Made by a program: the position numbers and the translations under genes. Of a stretch of DNA of 64,000 nucleotides, positions 10,283 to 22,230 are shown in pieces. The notes under the pieces are model-generated. The model had not been told where the DNA came from. It was given only the letters and a program-made list of their open reading frames with translations, and did no database searches. This stretch comes from Minutocellus sp. GHC0000111 (Eukaryota): the NCBI GenBank assembly GCA_977018835.1, contig OZ361261.1, positions 310,001 through 374,000 of the forward strand, read 5' to 3'. The stretch's first letter is position 1, and every line of letters starts with the position of its first letter.

Positions 10283-11559
10283 AGGACAAACGAGGTCTTT
10301 ACAAATGTACATGAACTTTTCCGAACACAATACAAATGCGGGGTAAATTTTGAATTAGAAGTCAAGTAACGATCACGTGTTCCACTGTGCCATACATGTA
10401 GTAGCTTTCTATCTAGTCTAGTGATCCCTAGAAGATAAAGAACACAGCATTAGCAACATGTGCTATAACAATTACTAATATTTACATCTTACTAATATTT
10501 TATGTTTGATTTTGTCTGTCCTCAAGGGCCAATGCATTTGCTTTTCGAAACTGGTAATTTCCACTTCTTCTCCTGTTGGTAAATTCATCGTACCTAGGTA
10601 CGATCGCATGACTTAATGGACCACATCCTCAAATCAATCATCACCAACCACTGATGCTAAACCAAGGTTCCAGACGTTCCACCCGGAGGGGTCTCAATAA
10701 TGGCATCTTCTGTCTGAGGCTTGATAACGGCGCTTCCAGTCTCACTGGCTGGGTCTTGTCCTTCGGGATCGTCAACTTCACCCAAATTAAATGGATGAAA
10801 GGAATGTAAAGATAGTGGTAAGGTCACAGGGGAAATTGGCAACGCCCAGCCTCAAAAGCAACAATTTGCAAGTAGTCGACTAGACAAGAAAAACTCAAAG
10901 TAACGCACTCTTTGCTTTCTCTGCGGGTGAAGCAATCGTGAGCTACGTAGCTTGCGGCGGCGGATGTGAGCTGGTCCTATTGAACAAAGATATCGGCTGT
11001 GGCCGCCAACCTGGGACTTGACTTGACTTGAAGCTGTCCTCAGTGGTTGAATTATGAGTGAGATGATCTTGTGAAGTACTGACTGCTGCACCTGCTCGCT
11101 CAAAGCAAACCCGCAACGATCGCTGAAAATCAACTTCTCGTGTAAATCTTGACCTTGTATGTGCTTGTTGAGTTTCGCCAAATCTCCAAAGAGAAAGTTT
11201 CGAGACCAAAAAAAAATAACTTGGCAGGACCGCCAAACAAATGTTGAGACCGTTGGACGGCTCTCGTGATCTATCCTGTTTTCTATAGTTTTTGTTACCT
11301 CTTGTATTTTATAAAGGATAAAAAAAGCTCGACATCGAAAATGGCATGAGAAAATATTGGGCAAGATCCCATCGCCCGCGTTCCCTTGCTGCCACCATCT
11401 CCCGAGCTCCGTTCAAAACCAATTTTATGATATGAAACAATATTAAATGGAACGCTCTTGCTTTGCGTCGTCTGCGGTAATACTAGTACGAATAATGAGT
11501 GGTGTGTGGTGTGAAGAACAATCGATAAAGAAAGGTGCGCGCCGCTGAACCTGTTGGTC

Positions 11560-11740
11560 TGGCTGCTGCTGCTCCGCTTTCTCTCGATCGACGAATTAAA
11601 GTGATGCACAATTTGCGTGATGACGACGATGATGATGATGATGATGTAGTGTGGTTGATGATGATGATGATGTGTGATATAGCGGAGGTCCAGAAGGAGC
11701 GCGCTGCATGTTTTGATCTTGCTGCTGCTGCTGCTGCTTC
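11560..11740. repeat. (GAT)n and (GCT)n microsatellites downstream of the PPR gene
   Basis: Direct reading of gatgatgat.. and gctgctgct.. tracts. Confidence 0.85.
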
Positions 11741-11773
11741 GTTTCCATCGACTGACAGGCTGCGTTTGAGGCC

Positions 11774-14700
11774 TTATCGTCGACCACGGCCGCCACCGCC
11801 TCTTCCTCCTCGGCGGGCTCTTCCTCCCGAATTGATCTTGGCGTTTCTCGTCCAAGATGGGTGCATTTGCGATGCACCAGCGTTGAATCCTCTGTAATCC
11901 GTCAGGTGAAGATATTCCTCTTCGCTTACACACTGCTTGAGCTTTCGAAGCACATAATCGTTGACGTATCCTTCATTACAGCAGCGCTGGAAAAGGTTCT
12001 GCGCATAGGCATATCTGCTGCCTCTATCTTGCCTTGGAAGGAGGTTGGAACAGACCGAGAGCATAATGGTGTAAGTGTAGGCGTCCGGGTGCATAGAAGT
12101 TTGCGAGGATAGCCACTCAAATACCCGAAAAGCAATGGAAAGAGCCTCCGGTCGGTCGGCGTCGATCTTGGTAAATGCACAGGCATTCATCACAGCGTTG
12201 GCCGTGTGAGCGTTCGGGGCAATCTCGTAGTCGCCGGTCTGTTGGTTGAGATCCAGCATTGTGTTGAGAAGATGCTCCGCCCTACGTGCGGCCCCAGGCT
12301 CTCCACTCTTCGCATGGGCATCAATGACGCTGGTATACGTTCGGCAGTTGGGCTTGATGGTATCACCGGCCTGGTAGCGCTGCGTCATGACGACTAAAAT
12401 TTGCTCTGCCCGGTTGGCAGCTCCTCGTTCTTGACTCTTGGCAAGACAATTGATCAACGTGTTGTAGGTGTAGGTATCCGGGGCAACGCCTCCGTATCCC
12501 GATCGACTCAGCTCTTCCATGTGATTGAGAATCTGTTCTGCTCGATAGGGGGCTCGTTTGTCACCGGAGCGAGCCCAGCTATCCAAGACGGCATTGAAGG
12601 TGATTCTATTGAGAATATTTTGTGTGGAAGATAGCAATGAGAGTATGCAAGTGATGAGTTTTGAGTTAGTTGATAAAATAATAAGAAAGTAGACTGCGAA
12701 GACATCAAACAAATAAGTTCACACCAAGAACTTACGTGTCGGGACGAACATCCCGGTTGCCAGCCTTGTTCAGACGATCCATCCACTCCAGGATCTCCTC
12801 GCAACGCTCGGCGGCAGCTCGGCCTTCTCCACTCTTGGCCCACGCATCCAAGACTGTATTGAAGTTGATGGTGGTGGGCTTGATCTCGTCGCCACCTCCG
12901 GAACGGTGCCTATTCACCATATTCTGCAACACCCTTTCAGCTCTCGATGCCGCTCCAGCCTCTTGACTCTTTGCCAGAGCATTAACGACGGCATTGTAAG
13001 TGAACGAGGTGGGACGAAGGTCGGCATCGCCGGCAAGATAACGCGACTCCATCTTATCCAACAAAGCATCTGCTCTGTCGGCCGCGCCTCGTAGGCCGCT
13101 TTTGGCAAATGCATCGATGACGCACGTATAAGTGAAGCAATCAGGCTTGAGGCCTCGGATCCCGCTCTCGTGGAGCCGTTCCATGGCAAGAAGCATTTCT
13201 TCGGCCTTGCTGGCAGCATTTGGATCTCTACTCTTTGACCAGGCATTGATGCAGGTATTAAAGACATACGTGTTCGGTCGAAGGTCGGCATTTCGCATAG
13301 GGTCGGATTGGTAAAGACGAACCAGATTCGCGAGAATGGCGTCGGCCCTCGCAGCGGCGTTAGCGCTGGTACTCTTGGCGTAGGCGTCAATAACAGCTCC
13401 GTAGGTGACAACGTTGGGCTTGATATCGGGATCCCCGGCCTCATGGAGGGCGTGCATCTTATCGAGCAACGATTCAGCCTCCTGCGCTGCACCCTTGGTG
13501 CCGCTCTTTGCGATGGCATTGATGACGACATTGTAGCTAATGGTATCAGGCTTGGCATCTTCCTCGCCCTCCTCGTCATACAGGGCGTGCATGTTATCCA
13601 ATAAGTTCTGGGCCCTTGCAGCGGCTTCTCGGCCACCTCGCTTAGCCCAAGAATGAATGACGGTGTTGAAGGTATACTGGTGGATTGGCGAAAGAAAAGC
13701 AAGAACGGATGTGAGATTGGAGACAAGAAAAACCAAAAACATAATGAGAATGCACTGGAGAAACTTAATCAAAAACTCACCTTGTCAGGACGGACATCTC
13801 GATCGCCAGCCTTGTAGAGTTTCTCCATCCAATCGAGGATCTGTTCCGCACCGACCGGGGCAACTTTTTCACCACTGCGAGCCCATGCATTGATGACAGC
13901 ATTGAAAATGCCCGTCGTTGGCTTGAGATTCTCATACTGACCACTCCGATGCATCTCATGCATCCGCTGAAGTAGAGCCTCCGCGCGCTGTGCGGCCTTG
14001 CCGCCCTCGTTGGCTTTCGCCCAAGCGTCGACCGTCATGGTAAACATTTTGGTCGTCGGAGCAATGCCCGGTCGTCGGTTGCCGGCATCGTACTCCTCCT
14101 GTGAACGACGGAGTAACATTTCCACCATGGCGGCACCCTCGGAGCTCTTTGTTTTGGCCCAGCCATTCATGATGGCCGAAATAGGGACGGCCGCTGGATC
14201 TAGCTCGCCGACGGGAACCTCAATTAGGCGACGATTCATTCGAAGAAGCCACTCTCTCTTCTTGGTCCGGGGAGATATCTTCTTCCGTCCGCGAACAACC
14301 ATGGCCTGTGCAGAAGCGTGGCCATAGGCGGCCCGATGAAACTCTCGGTCATGTTCGTCAAACTCAGACTCATCTTCGTCATCTTCGTCCCAGGCATATT
14401 CCGAACCCGAATTGTCAGGCTCATCATGCGCTGGAAGGATGGGCTTCTTGTCGGTAGCGCTACCACTGAAACTGTTGGGAAGATGCGGCGGAGAGCTTGG
14501 AAGAGCAATGCCACTGCTCTCATGACGTCGGTCGATTGATTGATCGTGAGAAGATCTGCTTTTGTCGAAACCCTTGAGCGTGGAGTCTCTGAGCCACGGC
14601 GCATCACCGCCGCTTTGGTCGCCTCTTGGCGGAGGCAGCCCGGGGATTCCCTGGCCAGAGCCTGCACCTCCGAGGACACTAGAAGAGGAAGGCGGCAGGA

Positions 14701-17092
14701 CACTTGATTGCATCGGTGGAACCGGCGGAGGACTATTCAGGAGAAGCTTCATAGCATCGACCGCGGAAGAAGCCGATGAGGTAGAACCCGCCGCATTGCT
14801 GTAGCCCGAAGCGACGGATCTGGAACCTCCCTGGTTGGCATAGGGCTGGAAGCTAGAGCCCCGCTGTTGGTCGCGTGTCCCAAAAGTAGTCGAAGACGAA
14901 GGGGCATCATGATCCGCGTACATCTGGTCGTATCCGCCCCGGACACTCCCACCCCCGGCGCCCTGGCTCGGATAGGAGTACGCAGAGGGTTGCGAGTACT
15001 GGGAACGGCTCGAGTAGGCCGAGTAGGTGGAACGGTCGTCCCCATATCCCTGAGTCTGCTGCTGAGAGCTGCTACTGCCGTACTGGCCAAGACGACCGAG
15101 ACCGGAGAGGCTGCCCTGCTGCCGGGGCTGGTAGAGGGGGCGCTCATTTCCCCGCCCCCTGGACGACGTGCGTGGCTGCGATGCAGAGTACTGATGTGCA
15201 CTGCTGCCGCCACCGTACGTGTACGATGCTGATGAGGCCGAGAGGGACGAGCTCGGAGCCAGGCCAGGGACGCTGCCGCCGGCGCTGGGGTTGTAGCTGC
15301 TGCTGCCGCTGCTACCCCCGAAGCCCGAGCCTCCGCCACCACCGTACCTCTGGGATTGTGGCTGGGCTCGATCGGAGGTAGCAGTTGCATTACCGGGACC
15401 CCCTCCACTTCCGTACCTCGAGGAAGATGCGGCAGCGGCGGCCCGCTGGAGGCTGGACATGCCCCCGCCCCCAGTGGTTGTGGACGCCCCCAGGCTTCGA
15501 GCATCGGTGCTGATCGGAGACAGGAAGCCCGGCGGTGCGGCGAAGCCACCGACGCTCACACCCGCGGTCGTCGTAGCATTGGCATCCTGAGTGGTACCGG
15601 TGGGCTGATACGAATTGTGTTGGTGATGCCGAGCACCACCACCACCACCCGCGGCAGCGGAAGGGAGGGTGACGTTGCCCGCCGTCACCGTCGAGCTGGA
15701 GCTGGTCGTCACGTTGTTGACGTTGATGCTGGTGCTGATGCCGCTGGTATTGTGGGCGCTTGTAGCATTGTTGGTGTAGGACCCATAGCTGGACGGGGCG
15801 GCTCCACCGCCGATGGTAGCTGTCAGATGGAGCGACGGACCGGCACCACCACCGGCGCCGACACTGGCACTGCCGCTGTGGCTGGTACCGACGCTGGCCC
15901 CGCCGATGGAACCCGACCGGGTCGACCGGCTCCCACCCCCGCCACCACTGTACGCACCGCCATGGCTACTGTAGGCACTGCTTCCGTGGGTGCCGCCGGA
16001 TTCGTGACTCTCCCCACTTGGATTTCCGTGGAGCTGATCCTGCATGATAGGGGCCGAGTTCGGCTGTTGTTGTTGATGATGCTGCTGCTGAACGGGATAC
16101 ACATCGTACGGCCCCGCCCCCATGGCGGTGGGCGTGTGCGACTTGGGCCGATTGTCGGCCCAGATATTCGTCGTTGCTGCACCGGTAGTGGTAGTTAATG
16201 TGCCGCCGGTGAACTGCCGGTCCGGAAACGACGACGACAGGCATTGGGAATCAGTGTTCGCAGTGGAAGCACCAGCAGCAGAGGAGGGACCAAGGCCGAA
16301 CCGTGAGTTATCCCTCGATTCTGCCTCGACGGCGGTTCCGGTGGGATTATTCCCCCCGGATGCGTGCAACCCGCCGACCCTCTCATTACTGCTCCCTCTT
16401 GTATCATTGTCGTGATGATCATCGTCGTCGTCGTCGTCGTCATCGTCTAGACCCAGTGCGCCCATGGTGTACCGCAAGCCGGACTCGGCCTCCTCGTCGG
16501 GCTCGTCGTTGTCGTTGTCACCATCGTGCGAACGAGACCGAGATGGCTGGGCATTCTCGTTCCCAGGCGGCTGGGGCGGCGAGGAGGGCAGTGGCTCGTC
16601 GCCGGCCTCGTCCGAATGATACATGCCGCCGCCGCTCGGACGATACCTCATGTCCGCACGCGTATTTGCACTGGCAGTTGCACTGGCAGTTGCAGTTGTG
16701 GTGCTCCCCAGCAACCCCTCGGCGATGGTCCGGCCGACCGCCTCCCGCACCTGCGGGCTGGTCGGCTGCAGAGGATGATGCGCCTGCTGCTCGGCCGCGT
16801 CCCCGCTGCTCGCCGCGGTCACCGGCGTGTCGGACCCGCACGACGGGTACCTCCTGTGGTGTTCGTGGTCGTGCCCGCGGTCGTAAGCGGCGAGGACAGG
16901 ATGCACCGCGTGGTGGTGTTCCACGGTGTGATTAGGCGACGACGAGGGGGGAGTAGTCAGCCTCCCGTCGCCGCCGCCAGTACCGGGAAGGCCCGCCGGG
17001 TTGCCGAACCTGGCAGTCTCGTCCGCGTGGAGTTCGCTCCCGCCGTCGTCGGCGCCCAGCATGCTTCGCGTGCCACCTCCCGGGACACCCAC
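11774..17092 (-). CDS. Large pentatricopeptide-repeat protein, 3 exons (~17092/17062-13781, 13676-12736, 12605-11774); start uncertain
   Basis: About 15 diatom-type PPR motifs (e.g. PNVVTYGAVIDAYAKS, PDTYTYNTLINCLAKS). In-frame GT-AG introns at 13677-13780 and 12606-12735. Long low-complexity N-terminus and RGG-like tail. Confidence 0.88.
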
Positions 17093-17175
17093 TGACTGTT
17101 TATGATGAAGATGTCTTTCTCTTCAATCCCAGCAAGGTTCCGTTCGACGCGCGGTCCGGTCGATTCACCTCCCTC

Positions 17176-18348
17176 GTGGAAAGGCGAAAGGCGGCTCAAG
17201 ATGATGTAAAGGCGATGACTTCAAGGGAATTAAAGGCTAAGGATAGGCTAGAGCGCCGGCTTGGCGATGAACGGAGAGAACTAACGCGAAAACACGATGA
17301 GGAGCTTCAGCAGCTGTATGCGAGGCAAAATGGTGATTGGAACGACCTGGATACAAAGCAACAGGACGATCAAGCCGAGCACGGTCGCATCTGGACGCCA
17401 AAATTCGAGAAAACCAATAACATGCTCGAGATGAGGATGCGCGATGAGATGGAAACCAGGAGTGCGATCCGAGAGATGGGTGAGGCTGGGGGCGATTCTC
17501 TTCTCGTTGTGGGTGACGATGGCATCACCGCAATCTTGCCATTCCTCACAGTGCCTGAGGTCGGCCGATACGAGATGACTTGTCGGGCACTCAAGAGACT
17601 TTCGCAAGGTTCTGCCCATTGGGAGTATCTTGAAAAATACCAGTCAGTAATGAAGAGATCATCAGCAAGTACTGCTAGGATGAGAGTTGTTCGATATCAT
17701 GAAGCATCGAAGCTTGCAGAGCGTGTTGAACCACTCTATGATGATCATTGGGCGCAGCCACTGGGGTTTGGATGCAATGGATGCTCTGAATTTCCCTCCA
17801 AAATGTTGACCAATCCAACTCCAGCCGAGTATGAGCTTTTCGTACGATGTTCCGAAGTGGAAAGTAATGATGATGTCGTGTTTTTTGAGGGATTTATCGA
17901 CTACGAATTGTACGATGTTCCTAGATCTTTTAGCTCCAGATTTCCTTCGATTCTATCTTTTACCATGGATGGTATCGACCTGGCAAAATGGTCTGCTATG
18001 GATGAACTATTTCAATTTGACAGAGGAAAGGAGCACCCTCATTGGGACGCTGCTGTACGGGAAAGCCTTGCAGATTTGGTAGTCACAGTGGTGGCAGTAG
18101 AAAAATCCACCTCAAGGGCTCATCTTGTGGTTGGATCGGATAAATTTGATCACGAGGAGGAAGATGACAACGGTAAAGTTACTTTCTACTCTCAAGAAGA
18201 CTCGAATGTCTTTCCTCACGAAGGGAGGAAGAAATCTAGATCTATTGCCGGTATACCCTCGTGCTGTCTTGCATTCAAATGGAACGATGAAAGACCCTCT
18301 TCCCGAAAGTTTGAATGCCATATAGTTAGGACAGCACCTGCGTCATAA
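17176..18348 (+). CDS. Hypothetical protein with N-terminal coiled coil and F-box-like motif
   Basis: GDDGITAILPFLTVPEVGRYEMTCRALKRL..W resembles an F-box. Start uncertain (first in-frame ATG at 17215). Confidence 0.5.
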   Translation: MERRKAAQDDVKAMTSRELKAKDRLERRLGDERRELTRKHDEELQQLYARQNGDWNDLDTKQQDDQAEHGRIWTPKFEKTNNMLEMRMRDEMETRSAIREMGEAGGDSLLVVGDDGITAILPFLTVPEVGRYEMTCRALKRLSQGSAHWEYLEKYQSVMKRSSASTARMRVVRYHEASKLAERVEPLYDDHWAQPLGFGCNGCSEFPSKMLTNPTPAEYELFVRCSEVESNDDVVFFEGFIDYELYDVPRSFSSRFPSILSFTMDGIDLAKWSAMDELFQFDRGKEHPHWDAAVRESLADLVVTVVAVEKSTSRAHLVVGSDKFDHEEEDDNGKVTFYSQEDSNVFPHEGRKKSRSIAGIPSCCLAFKWNDERPSSRKFECHIVRTAPAS

Positions 18349-18559
18349 AAAAAGTGAATGTAAATGGCAGATTAGTTCAGCCCAAGTTTTCTTTTCCTGG
18401 CGGATTATTGATTTTCATCATTGGTACCTTTGAACAAATACATATTACAAATCAGCACAGAATGCCGCTAGTCTACGTAGCTAGTAGGAGTAAGTTGGTC
18501 GAAATACCTACTATTAGTCTACTATTGGTATTAGATACGTTATGAAAGAGATTTTGCAT

Positions 18560-19228
18560 TTACATATTCTTCTTCAGCTCCTCCACATCAAAGCCAAGAC
18601 TCTTCATGGACCGCTGCACCCTGGCATCTCCCAGCATGTCACCGAATCCGCCGCCGGCACCCGAAGGTGGCTTGTGACCCATTAGTTGATGTACGATGAA
18701 TTTCACGGATGCACTGCACAGCATGTAAATAAAGGCAAAAGAGCAGGCCTGGGTCAGTGCCTCCACATGAACCACCATCTTACCGGCCACGTCGGCCACG
18801 GCCGTCTTGGGCAGATCCAGCAGTTCCTCCGATATTTCAAGACCACGCAGTGTCAACTTCTGCAGCAGACCAAAGGGCTGGAACGGAAGGACGGCTACCA
18901 CCTTGCCCGAGTACTCGGCTCCCATTATTTTCCACAGCAGCACAAACAGAATGGACGTGAATATTTGCGGGCTGGCATGCCTCCGCGCCACGTCGGCCGC
19001 ACAGGCCGCCCTCTCCTCTTCGGCCTTGGTCAACCGCTTCGCACTCTTCTCTTTGTTGGTGGCGTTGGACGATGCTGCCTTGTCGAGGAGCATGTCGGCA
19101 CGACGGAGCGCCCGGACCTGCCGCTCGTAGCTCTCCGACGAAAAGACCCATCGTCTAGCCAAAATGTCACATATCCCCTGCACGACGGCGACGGTGCCGG
19201 CAATCTTGAGAATATCCGACACGGTCAT
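18560..19228 (-). CDS. TMCO1: TMCO1-like ER membrane protein (DUF106 / Oxa1 superfamily)
   Basis: TM helix, coiled coil, then YSGKVVAVLPFQPFGLLQKLTLRGL and CSFAFIYMLCS motifs. Confidence 0.8.
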   Translation of the reverse strand: MTVSDILKIAGTVAVVQGICDILARRWVFSSESYERQVRALRRADMLLDKAASSNATNKEKSAKRLTKAEEERAACAADVARRHASPQIFTSILFVLLWKIMGAEYSGKVVAVLPFQPFGLLQKLTLRGLEISEELLDLPKTAVADVAGKMVVHVEALTQACSFAFIYMLCSASVKFIVHQLMGHKPPSGAGGGFGDMLGDARVQRSMKSLGFDVEELKKNM

Positions 19229-19607
19229 GGTCAAGGAAGGGAGCAAGAAATGAAGCAAAGCGCGCAGCAAATAAATCACTCGACGGACAGACCATTAAAT
19301 TGCTCAACTTGCACACTCCTGAACCGAATTTTCCCCTGTTTTTAGCCTAAGCTGTTCAATTAGAGAGTAACTATCCGCATCAAGACGATGGGATTTTGTC
19401 AGTTGAGCGGCCGCTGTTCTTGCCGTCCTTGCTCTCACCAATCCACTTTCACCCAGATACTGGCAGAAGATAATTTGGTAATACCTGGATGCAAGAGCAT
19501 CCAGGAAAGAGCGTCTCTTTTGCAGTTTTGAATTCAAGCACGTAACGTGCGTGCTCACTCAATTCAAATCAGCGAACAATCAAATAACGGCCTGAACTTA
19601 CGTAGCA

Positions 19608-20698
19608 ATGGTCAGCCCAATACCGATTGCCATTTCGGCCATCTCGCTCGGCTTTCTCCATTCGACCGGCAAGGTGCTGGAGATTGCCGACGGGTTCTTC
19701 TCCCACCTCACCATCCTGGAGCAAATTTGCATCGCGGCGTTGTTCTTCAGCGTTATTCACATCGTGGTGTCCATCTCTCGGTTCCTGGGCATCGTTTACG
19801 ATGGACCGGGAGGTGATCACGGTGGTGGACACTCTCACCACGACGAGGACATCTATGCCGCATACCCATTCGAGTCGATGCAGCTCGCCGCCAATCAGCG
19901 GTATCGATTCGGTGCCATGTTCCCGACGCTTGTTGATGAAATCGTTCAGCATCTGCAGGAAGAGGGCGAGGGGATGGAGTTGAAGCGTATCGAACAGATC
20001 CAGGAGGCGATGGAACCGATCTCAACCACCGAGTATGATAAGTGTGGAATGGTCGTTGTTGAGGTTTATCGCATCATGATCAAGGCTCGGATGAAGCGCG
20101 ACCTGGCCTTCCTGGAGGAGGCCAAGGCAACCGTTTTGGGCTGGGCGATGATTATCTTGTTTTATTCTCACGACGTCCTTGCGAATTGCGCCCGGGATTC
20201 GAGTAAGGTGCGATATGCAATTCTTATGGAAACGTACGTCTTTTCATCCTTCAAAAATACTTTCACGAAGAGGCGTGCTACCACCAGCTCCTAGAGCTGT
20301 TCTTGGAGGCGAAGGAAAATCGAGCGCTGTATCATCTGATGCGATCTAATGCGAATGCCAGTAAGAAGTCTCTCCTTGGAATATCATCCCCGTCATCGAA
20401 CAACGCGGAGGATATCTTGCTGGGTCGTTTCAGCCGAATGAAGGAACACTTTTGTGCCCTCTATATGCCGGTCGCGATGTGCATGATCCTCTCGGGCGTC
20501 AAGGACGAGGTCCCCTTGGAAACCGCCAAGCAGATTTGCGACTCCCTCGGCGAAGCCCAGAGCGAGGAAGAATGGAAGTCTGATGCTATGACGCAATCAG
20601 CAATGAAAAGTCTTGGCATGGTCCCCGAGGATGTGTTCAAGCTTGTATTTGACGAGAAAAAGAACAATTGTTTGTGTGGTGATAACAAAGGAGATTAG
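19608..20698 (+). CDS. Divergent farnesyl-diphosphate-synthase-like protein without DDxxD motifs, with N-terminal TM segments; 1-bp frameshift in T-run at ~20241-20244
   Basis: FPPS-like segments KATVLGWAM, (F)ILQKYFHEEACYHQLLELFLE and LYMPVAMCMILSGVKD..TAKQIC..LGE. Confidence 0.6.
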
Positions 20699-20861
20699 GG
20701 AACAGACGAAGATACGAGAGAGACCATGCTCTCTACGTTTTCACGAATTTTATGTGTACTTGTTTTTGGGAGATTCTCTAATGTTACAATCGGGTTTCTT
20801 TGTATATTAACCAATCTAATCGGAAAATTATACGTGTGGTTCATCGCTCCTTGGTTGATTT

Positions 20862-21992
20862 CTACTCCTCTTCTGCTTCCATCTCAATGGCGGAGTCTAC
20901 AAGTTTGCGCCATCTCAAGAATTTTCTGCTAGTCTCATACTTCACATCATCTGCGTCGACTTCTTGTGAGCTGCTCCTTTCAGATGGGGCGGCGTTCACC
21001 AACTCCCAAGCGGCATCGGCAGCACCCGAGTCTGCCTCGTAGTCACTTACAAATTCCCACGATGAAGGGCTATTGCACTTCTCAAACGTGAGAGAAGCGC
21101 CGATGAGGCCACTACTTCTGACGCACATATTGTGGCTCTTGCCTCCTCGGGGCGAGAGCTCATTCTTTCCATGCTGGTTGTAGAGGAACATGTGATGATT
21201 TGCTGTATGACAATCGGCCAACGTTAAGGTCTCGCCTGCCACGGCTTCGTCCACATGCACACAAAGATCTGGAGCACGTCGAGGTCGGATCCTGCCGCGC
21301 TCATCAAACTTGAACTGCTCGGCCTCGTCATCTGCGTTGCAGGCGGCGACTGCGATTCTATCGCCTTCACGAATGCCGTGAGGTCGAATTGTCGACATGC
21401 ACAAATGCCGATTACTGGACAGAACAATCATTTGCGACCCGTTGGACTTTGGCTCGGTAATTTGGCATTTCCGTCCTTCAGTTTCGTCCAGCTTGATCTT
21501 TCCGTCGTTACGAACGAGCCACAAAGTGTCTTGCGTTTCATGGCCCTGCTTCAATCGAACGATGGTATTGTTGTCATCATGGACGGTCAGCTTGGTCTCG
21601 CCCTGACCCGAAAGGCCGTGGCATTCCAACTTCCATGCCACGTCGCTATCGTTCTCGCCCTTGCGTTTGTATGCGATGAGGTCTACTTTCTCTCCTGATT
21701 TGTTGGATTCGCTCAGCTTGAGCTTGTAGACGTTGGTCGCAAATTTCTGGACCAAGTCGTCACCATTCCACACACCATATATACCATCTGCGCTCACACC
21801 AAGTCGTACAACTCCGTCGCCACGGCAGATGGCCTGGTCTTGGAGGAGAGTATCTTGGTCGGTGGCGGGAGAAAGCTTTGACGACATGCAATTTTGGGGA
21901 GGAGCTAGAGACGAGTTTTTCGCCACATCACTCGCACGAGCACGGCTCATCAGCCCGGCAACAGCGGCGCAGGAAACGGCCGAGAACTTCAT
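20862..21992 (-). CDS. Secreted protein with ricin-B (beta-trefoil) lectin-like domain
   Basis: Signal peptide, then three Cys-bracketed subrepeats (LCMST..AACN..EQFKFD; DLCVHV..LADC..HMFLY; NMCVR..EKCN..SWEF). Confidence 0.65.
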   Translation of the reverse strand: MKFSAVSCAAVAGLMSRARASDVAKNSSLAPPQNCMSSKLSPATDQDTLLQDQAICRGDGVVRLGVSADGIYGVWNGDDLVQKFATNVYKLKLSESNKSGEKVDLIAYKRKGENDSDVAWKLECHGLSGQGETKLTVHDDNNTIVRLKQGHETQDTLWLVRNDGKIKLDETEGRKCQITEPKSNGSQMIVLSSNRHLCMSTIRPHGIREGDRIAVAACNADDEAEQFKFDERGRIRPRRAPDLCVHVDEAVAGETLTLADCHTANHHMFLYNQHGKNELSPRGGKSHNMCVRSSGLIGASLTFEKCNSPSSWEFVSDYEADSGAADAAWELVNAAPSERSSSQEVDADDVKYETSRKFLRWRKLVDSAIEMEAEEE

Positions 21993-22230
21993 CTTGGGTT
22001 ACAAAGAAAGGTGAAGGAGATTTATCTGAACTGTTGCGACAAAGCAAGATGCAGCGGGGTGATACATGAAAGTGGCGAGAAAAATGCGCCATCGCTGATC
22101 GCCGATCTGAACACGGGTGGGATCTGGGAGTGGACTCGCTCGACTGCGAAATCGCCAAAGTAGCAAGACAGTTGCTGGCATGTGTCCATGCAGATTCCGC
22201 TCCCAGGTAGGCCTACATTTTCGTGAGAAG

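Noticed and set aside
10300..11400. Short minus-strand ORFs as a gene or TE remnant
   Set aside because: No recognisable motifs or terminal repeats.
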